This document shows positions 58,153-64,000 of a stretch of DNA of 64,000 nt, in pieces. The stretch's first letter is position 1; every line of letters begins with the position of its first letter. A program made the translations under genes and the position numbers. Source of the DNA: an uncultured Verrucomicrobiae bacterium (GTDB lineage Bacteria; Verrucomicrobiota; Verrucomicrobiia; Limisphaerales; Palsa-1400); NCBI GenBank assembly GCA_963702845.1, contig OY969763.1, positions 1,312,001 to 1,376,000 on the forward strand, in the 5' to 3' direction. The notes beneath the pieces are model-generated. The model searched no databases, had not been told where the DNA came from, and saw only the letters and a program-made list of their open reading frames with translations.

Positions 58153-60156
58153 TTAAGCAGCTTCGGGGATTCCTATGACGCTGACGAAGGGGGGAAGCGG
58201 ACAGCCGATGGCGTCGGCGATGGCCCGGAGCATTTCGGCTTCTTCTTCTTTGACCAAAGAATCACACGCGACCACGAGCGCGCAGGCGTTCAGGATTTGC
58301 CTTTTCACCGGGGGAGCGGCCTGGGTGATTTTTTGAATGGCCGCGTCAATCTGCGGGAGATTGCATTCATCGTGAGACAGCAGCGAAATTTGTTTGTTCG
58401 GCGGAAGTTCCAGGTCGTCGGCGCCGGTTTGGAACGCGGCGGCAATCTCGGAATTGACCTCGCTGCCTTCATAAGCAAGGGCTGAAAACAGAACGGCGCA
58501 TTCCGGTGCGAGGCCGGCAGCGGCGTAGTATTGCGCGATTGCGGGTTTGGCTGGTTTGAAATAAGGCGCAAGGTGGCGGAGCAGGGCTTTTTGCAGACCG
58601 TATTCAAATAGCGATATTTCGGCGTCGCTCTCGATCAATTGTTGGACGATGTTCGAAAAGTCGTCGAATTGCTGTCGCGACATTTGCCGGAGGGACGGGG
58701 TTGCAAGATTTACGAGCGCGAGTTTTTGTCCATTGGTCAGATTGCCGGTAGTCGGAAAATATTGCTGGGCGACGCTGATGAGCGACGTGTTTGCGGCTGG
58801 GCCTAAATCGTTGAGCTGCCTGGCGCGGGCGCGTTCGTCGGGCAGAAGCAACATCGCATAGATAAGGGCGGTCGCGCCAAATGGTTCGCGGGCGGCAGCG
58901 GCGATGTCCGGGGGTATCGATGCGGTTAGCCCAGCGGCGTAGGTGAGATGTTGTGGGGTGAGCCGATGCCTTTGGACGGGTGGCGTCCTGTCGTTGAGTA
59001 CTTGTGCGATTTGAACGATGGTCGCGGTTGGCATCCGTGTAATCCGTGGAATGTCGTTGACGGAGGTGATAAGCGGTGGTGCCTCGCCGGCTTCCCGCTT
59101 TTGTGCAGGTATACTTTTGATGTACTCGAAATTGCCTTTAAAGGAGGGATCGAGCGCACGGATTCGCTGTTCGAGGGGCGGATGCGTGGAAAGTAGTCCG
59201 AGGAAGGAATCTGGCATGACATCACTGAAGAACATGTGACTGGCTTCATCGGCTTCTGCACCGGTAATTCGTGAACCGAAAACCAGTCCGCCGATTTTTT
59301 TCAGCGCCCCGGCGAGTGCTTGCGGGTTACGGGTGAATTGGACAGCCGCAGCGTCGGCAAGACATTCGCGCTGGCGACAGACTGCGCATTTGATAAGACG
59401 TCCGAAGAAGTAGCCGATGGAGCCAATTGCGAACAGCGCGGCGCCGATAACGACGAGCGGAGCACCACGTCGGCCGCCCGACCAGCCACAGCTATCCTCG
59501 TCCCAATACAGATTCGCGAGGAACTTGCCAGTGAGTGAAATGAACAGGATGCCATAGAGAAAAGACATCAGCCACAGATTCAGGTGCATGTCGCCATTCA
59601 GGAGATGGCTGAATTCGTGGCCCACGATGGCTTGGAGTTCGTCGCGGTTCAGAAGTCGAATTGCGCCGTCCGTGACGCCGAGTGCTGCATCTTTCGAATC
59701 GTGCCCAGCGACGAACGCATTAATGCAGTTTTCTTCCGCGAGCACGTAAACTTCCGGCACGGGAACGCCTGAAGCGATCGCCATTTCTTCGACGACATCA
59801 AGTAGTCGCCGTTCATCTGGATCGGTCGTGTTGCTGTTGACGCGCCGTCCGCCGAGCATGGCTGCGACTGCCGGACCGCCACAGGCGAGTTGTTGGGCTT
59901 TGTAGAGCGCGGCGAGGGTAACGGCAAAAATAGTGACGCCCGACACGATGCCAAGCAGTTGCCAATCGATGGCGGAGGGATGATAGACCTGTTGTATATA
60001 ATTATGACGGCGCGAATGGAACCCGTGAAACGCCAGGGCGAAAATAACCACGAAGTAAATGCCAAGAATCGTGAGCGCTACCGATGGCAGAAAGTAACAA
60101 AGCAACAGCTTTGTCTTTCGGCGGGCAATATTTTGTCGCTCAAAGAAGTCGGTCAT
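58153..60156 (-). CDS. M48 (HtpX-like) metalloprotease with C-terminal TerB-like extension
   Basis: INAFVAG, HEFSH, RQRECLAD, STHPPLEQRI. Confidence 0.9.
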   Translation of the reverse strand: MTDFFERQNIARRKTKLLLCYFLPSVALTILGIYFVVIFALAFHGFHSRRHNYIQQVYHPSAIDWQLLGIVSGVTIFAVTLAALYKAQQLACGGPAVAAMLGGRRVNSNTTDPDERRLLDVVEEMAIASGVPVPEVYVLAEENCINAFVAGHDSKDAALGVTDGAIRLLNRDELQAIVGHEFSHLLNGDMHLNLWLMSFLYGILFISLTGKFLANLYWDEDSCGWSGGRRGAPLVVIGAALFAIGSIGYFFGRLIKCAVCRQRECLADAAAVQFTRNPQALAGALKKIGGLVFGSRITGAEADEASHMFFSDVMPDSFLGLLSTHPPLEQRIRALDPSFKGNFEYIKSIPAQKREAGEAPPLITSVNDIPRITRMPTATIVQIAQVLNDRTPPVQRHRLTPQHLTYAAGLTASIPPDIAAAAREPFGATALIYAMLLLPDERARARQLNDLGPAANTSLISVAQQYFPTTGNLTNGQKLALVNLATPSLRQMSRQQFDDFSNIVQQLIESDAEISLFEYGLQKALLRHLAPYFKPAKPAIAQYYAAAGLAPECAVLFSALAYEGSEVNSEIAAAFQTGADDLELPPNKQISLLSHDECNLPQIDAAIQKITQAAPPVKRQILNACALVVACDSLVKEEEAEMLRAIADAIGCPLPPFVSVIGIPEAA

Positions 60157-60747
60157 GAGAAGGACACGGACGGGGTTTGGCGATCGGTTGCATTGTCGAT
60201 TTGGAAGAATTCAGCGGGCGTAAAATGATACCAGTTGGCAATCATGTTTGCGGGCACTTTTTGGATCGCTGTGTTGTAGAACATGACCGAGTCATTGTAG
60301 GCCTGCCGGGCGAGGCCGACGCGGTTTTCGGTGGTGGTGAGTTCTTCCATCAATTGAAGCATGACCTGATTCGCTTTCGAGATCCGGATAAGCTTCGGCG
60401 ATGGCAAACAGCCGGCTCAGTGAGGTGGTGAGATTTGTTTCGGCACTGCCGAGTTGGGTCATCGCGGCAGCTTCCCCGGGCGCAGCAGCGGCGGCTTGCG
60501 CGGCATTGACAGCAGCGCCGCGGGCAGTTGCGACTTCGTCAAGTGTTCCACGCTCGTGTTGGAGGTATCCCTTGGCGGTTTCGACGATGTTCGGGATTAA
60601 GTCGTGCCGACGTTTTAGTTGCACGTCGATTTGTGAAAAGGCGTTTTTGTAGGCGTTGCGCAATGCGATCAATCGATTGTAAAACGCAAAGCCAAGGAGT
60701 GCCGCGAGCATCGGCAAAGCAACCAGCGCCAAAATAGCGTAGATCAT
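60153..60747 (-). CDS. lemA: LemA family protein; frameshift near 60379
   Basis: YNRL, IDVQLKRRHDLIPN, EAYPDL then KANQ...TENRV..ARQAYND in another frame. Confidence 0.92.
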
Positions 60748-61027
60748 ACACACCAGTAAATAAGACCAGCGGCGTGCAAGCAATTACAGGATTACGATGA
60801 TTTTGGAATGTGTCCGCCGCGGCCGATCAATTGGCCGCGGATTCAAGCCGTTCGCATTTCGGTTTCTGCGCGCATCTTTGCACAGCCTTCAGCCAGCCAT
60901 TTACGTCGACTCTCGCAGCTACCAAACCGCGCATGTCGAAGGGCGCGCCTTTGCTATCGTCGGTCATTATCCGGAGACGGATTCGCAGATGTTGTCGGTC
61001 CAATTGGCACGCTGATCGGGCGGTCGT

Positions 61028-64000
61028 TCAATGACGTGGGGCCGCTTTCAATTGGTCCTGGGCCGTGGTGTAGCCGGAAAATTTTTGTCCATTGCTGTTG
61101 GCACCGATGAAGAATCCGGAGGCGGCATTCGAGGCCTGCATTACTGCGCCGAAAATGCTCACGGGCGGAAGGGCGGGGTCAGGAACGAAACTGCCGGTCA
61201 ACAGGCCGGTGGGAGCGATGGTGAGCCTGACTTTGTTGGGATTGCTCGCGGATGGGATTGTAATTTTGGCCGGTGTGCCGCCATAGGTGGCGTCGGTGAT
61301 AACCATTGCGGAAGCGAGCCCGCCATCCTGCAAAACGATTCCCATGTTTGGAACGTCGATTACGCGTATGCCCGTCAGGGGTCTGACGTAAAGCCAGGCA
61401 CGAGCCGAACTGGTATTGGAGAAGCCAGTCGAGTAGGGAATGTTCGGAACCGGGCCGTGCGACCAATAGAGGCTGTCAGAATGGACAACCTTCGGATCTG
61501 TATCGAGGGTGAGCCAGCCGATTGCGGAACCTGAGAATGTTGTCGGGGTGCTCGCCGCGTTTTTATAGAGAGCTTGATAGAAGGGGATTTTTAGGTCTGA
61601 AGACAGCGGAATGGATGCGCTGAGAGCTGTGCCATCAGCGTATTTGCCGGCGAAAGAAGCCGTACCTGTCGGGGTGATCCTCAACGACGCAAAGCCGTCG
61701 CCGGCCGGAATTGACGGGTCGGCCGTTCCACTGCCCGAAATGATGACTGTGTAATTCGAACCGCCCAGCGGACAGGGTCTGGTTGAGGAAAATGCCGCCT
61801 GATTCGCGGTGAAGGGTGCGGTCCACCCGCTCGTGCTCGTCAACGAACCTGCCGTTTGGCATTGACCCGCTGGGGCGAACGCAATCTTTGCGGTGGGGGT
61901 CAAAGCCTCTGCAGCTGTGGGCCACTTCCATTGCGTTACCGTGCCGTCCAAACCGAGCGCACCAGAGAAGCTGATCTTTTGTCCTAGCAAAAGTAGAGTT
62001 CCGCTGAATGCACCGGTCTTCGTCAATTTGAAGGTGATTGGGCCTGAATCGGTGTAGTCCCCACTGTTGGTGGGCATATAGAGACCGCTATACAAACCAG
62101 CGGCCGCGATGAAACGGTTGGTAACGAAGTTCACTGTGATTGCCGTATTGCTACCCATCGTGAAGCTGACTTTCTTAGGACTTGTGATGATCGACGGGAC
62201 ATCGTTTTGATAGAGAACGATGTTAGAGAACAGGTTATTCGGCGAAGGAACGGCGTTGAATGTGTATACCTGCCCCGGATTTAGCGTGTTCGCGCCGATG
62301 ACGAGTTTAGCGGGACCGGTAACTGAGCCGGCGCCATTGACGGTCAGAACCATCTGCGTTGGATCCGATACAAAAACGAACCGAACCATGCGGTTGACGT
62401 TTCCACATGAATCCTGCGCGACGACAATGATGGTGTGTTTGCCGCCTTTGGCGTTCAGGCTCGCGCTCCACGTCGCTGATTTGTGGGTCGTGCCGACGTA
62501 GGTGAGGGAGGCTTCCTGCAGCGGGTCGTTGTCTAGTGCGACTAGGACCCGGTCCACTGCAACATCGTCGGAGGCGGTACCTATTGCGGTGACGGTTCCG
62601 GCTGGGACTGGCACATTATTTTTTGGCGTGCTGATTACGACAACCGGAGGCTTGGTGTCGGCGCAACCAGGGGTGGTGCGGATTGTGAATTGCTGAGCGC
62701 TGGTGCAGCCGTTGAAATCAGTCACCGTGATCGTAAATGTGCTGCTACCAGCAGTCGTGGGTGATCCAGACAATGCTCCGCTCGGTGATAGGCTCAGGCC
62801 ATCGGGCAACGTTCCTGAGGTGAGCGCGAACGAGTAAGGCGACTGACCACCCGTTGCGGACAGCGTTTGGCTGTAAGCAGCGGTTATCTGTCCGTAAGGC
62901 AAGGTGGTTGGGCTCAACACGATTGTGGGACAATCGGGTGTGGTGAGCACCAACGTGATGGGCTCTGAACTGCTCGCAGTCCAAGTGGAGCCACCGTCAA
63001 GGCTGATTTCGGCGGCGATGTCGAGGAAGCTGCTGATTCGGTAAGCTCCGTTGACCGGCCGAATGGTAGTTTGGCCGGACTTTATTAAGGTGGGGCTTTC
63101 GCGCAACTTGAATAAACTCGGGAGATTGCCGCCAGATATGTCCAACGCCAGGATTTCGGTTGAACAGACAATCGCAAGGTTGAAGTCCCCCTGAGTTTTC
63201 GTGGTTGCTTTAAGTTTCTCCCTGCCAGATGCGTGGAACGGTTGGAACGAATTGCCGCCATCGAGCGACAGGCTGCCTGTGACTTGAAATTGCACGTCGT
63301 TGGTCTGCGGCGGATCGCCCGGCCGGGGTGTGGCAAATGACGTGTCAAAGTTCTGCGCAACGATGTTGCTGAGAACAACTCCATTCGGGAAAGTGCGATA
63401 AGCCGAGGTAGGCGGGAAAGCGGGCGACGCTGTGTCTTGAAGTTTACCTTTCAACGGCGGCAGATTGGGTGAGCTGAACGGTTGTTCGGGCGCGAGGCCG
63501 TCCAAGGCGACGTGCAGTGGGCCGTCAGCAGGTATCCAGGTTGTGCCTGCGTCCGTGCTGATTTCGGTGAAGATATCGAAAAAGCTGGTGGTGCGATAGC
63601 TGCCATCCTGTACATGAATGACGTAGAATTGGCCCCGCGAAGGCAGTGTGGGACTTTCGCGAATCATCAAACCGTTCGGCATGTCGGGACCGACGATGTC
63701 GAATTGTGTCAGTTCGAGGGCAGCGTATTGCGAAGTGCAAGCGCTACAGCTACTACTTGGTTTAACGGTGATGATGCCGCGTGTTTTTGCGCTGCCTTGT
63801 TGCCAGTTATTGCCGCCATCGAAGGACACTTGCGTTTGCACCGTGAAGTAGTTGTCATTGGTTCCTTCGCCGACAGGTGTTGGTTGGCCAGTCACGCTAA
63901 ACAATTTGTAGTGTAGGGACGAAAGGAGAACACTACCACCGCTTCCACCATTACCGCCGCCGTAAGTGACCATCGCACTTGAAGCATATTCGTCGGTTGG
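61028..64000 (-). CDS. Large multidomain surface protein, 5' part outside the window; duplicated RESPT domain and Ig-like domains
   Basis: Frame open to the window edge; two IRESPTL...SFFDIFTEIS.DGG.TW-like units; putative Ig domain (LPDGLSLSPSGALSGSPT); Big-like domain (DTKPPVVVISTP). Confidence 0.85.
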   Translation of the reverse strand, partial: PTDEYASSAMVTYGGGNGGSGGSVLLSSLHYKLFSVTGQPTPVGEGTNDNYFTVQTQVSFDGGNNWQQGSAKTRGIITVKPSSSCSACTSQYAALELTQFDIVGPDMPNGLMIRESPTLPSRGQFYVIHVQDGSYRTTSFFDIFTEISTDAGTTWIPADGPLHVALDGLAPEQPFSSPNLPPLKGKLQDTASPAFPPTSAYRTFPNGVVLSNIVAQNFDTSFATPRPGDPPQTNDVQFQVTGSLSLDGGNSFQPFHASGREKLKATTKTQGDFNLAIVCSTEILALDISGGNLPSLFKLRESPTLIKSGQTTIRPVNGAYRISSFLDIAAEISLDGGSTWTASSSEPITLVLTTPDCPTIVLSPTTLPYGQITAAYSQTLSATGGQSPYSFALTSGTLPDGLSLSPSGALSGSPTTAGSSTFTITVTDFNGCTSAQQFTIRTTPGCADTKPPVVVISTPKNNVPVPAGTVTAIGTASDDVAVDRVLVALDNDPLQEASLTYVGTTHKSATWSASLNAKGGKHTIIVVAQDSCGNVNRMVRFVFVSDPTQMVLTVNGAGSVTGPAKLVIGANTLNPGQVYTFNAVPSPNNLFSNIVLYQNDVPSIITSPKKVSFTMGSNTAITVNFVTNRFIAAAGLYSGLYMPTNSGDYTDSGPITFKLTKTGAFSGTLLLLGQKISFSGALGLDGTVTQWKWPTAAEALTPTAKIAFAPAGQCQTAGSLTSTSGWTAPFTANQAAFSSTRPCPLGGSNYTVIISGSGTADPSIPAGDGFASLRITPTGTASFAGKYADGTALSASIPLSSDLKIPFYQALYKNAASTPTTFSGSAIGWLTLDTDPKVVHSDSLYWSHGPVPNIPYSTGFSNTSSARAWLYVRPLTGIRVIDVPNMGIVLQDGGLASAMVITDATYGGTPAKITIPSASNPNKVRLTIAPTGLLTGSFVPDPALPPVSIFGAVMQASNAASGFFIGANSNGQKFSGYTTAQDQLKAAPRH

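Noticed and set aside
60360..60400. Programmed frameshift in lemA (also considered for fpg and the kinase)
   Set aside because: No slippery heptamer or stimulatory structure; better explained by the window-wide insertion errors.

Overview
This 64 kb window is GC-rich bacterial chromosome. Gene content and protein style suggest Verrucomicrobiota (Pedosphaera-like); this is an inference. It holds about 60 mostly housekeeping or envelope genes: ThDP decarboxylase, lactate permease, miaE, tRNA-Pro(GGG), fcl, NAD kinase, tlyA, deaD, an ABC-F ATPase, two pilT paralogues, tag, trpF, an Fpg/Nei glycosylase, pdxJ-acpS, GH127, cdd, an exopolysaccharide block, lolCD, htpX-like/lemA and two large surface proteins. 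Several genes are broken by single-base indels that look like long-read errors. The most striking unexplained structure is a module found three times: a tandem array with an exact 21-bp period, a 60-90 bp spacer, then a gene for a helical plus FN3-like protein. One copy is intact (array 44082-44270, gene 44361-44981). In two homologous copies on the minus strand (17828-18203 and 22337-22800) the array and leader survive while the gene has collapsed to its last codons. Those two copies lie in a variable region that also carries a diverged duplicate of the deaD 5' end. Other notable items are an ATP-cone/uridine-kinase-like fusion with an NrdR-like box, a likely orphan integron cassette, a perfect 22-bp inverted repeat over a consensus sigma70 promoter, and 7-bp and 10-bp periodic intergenic repeats.
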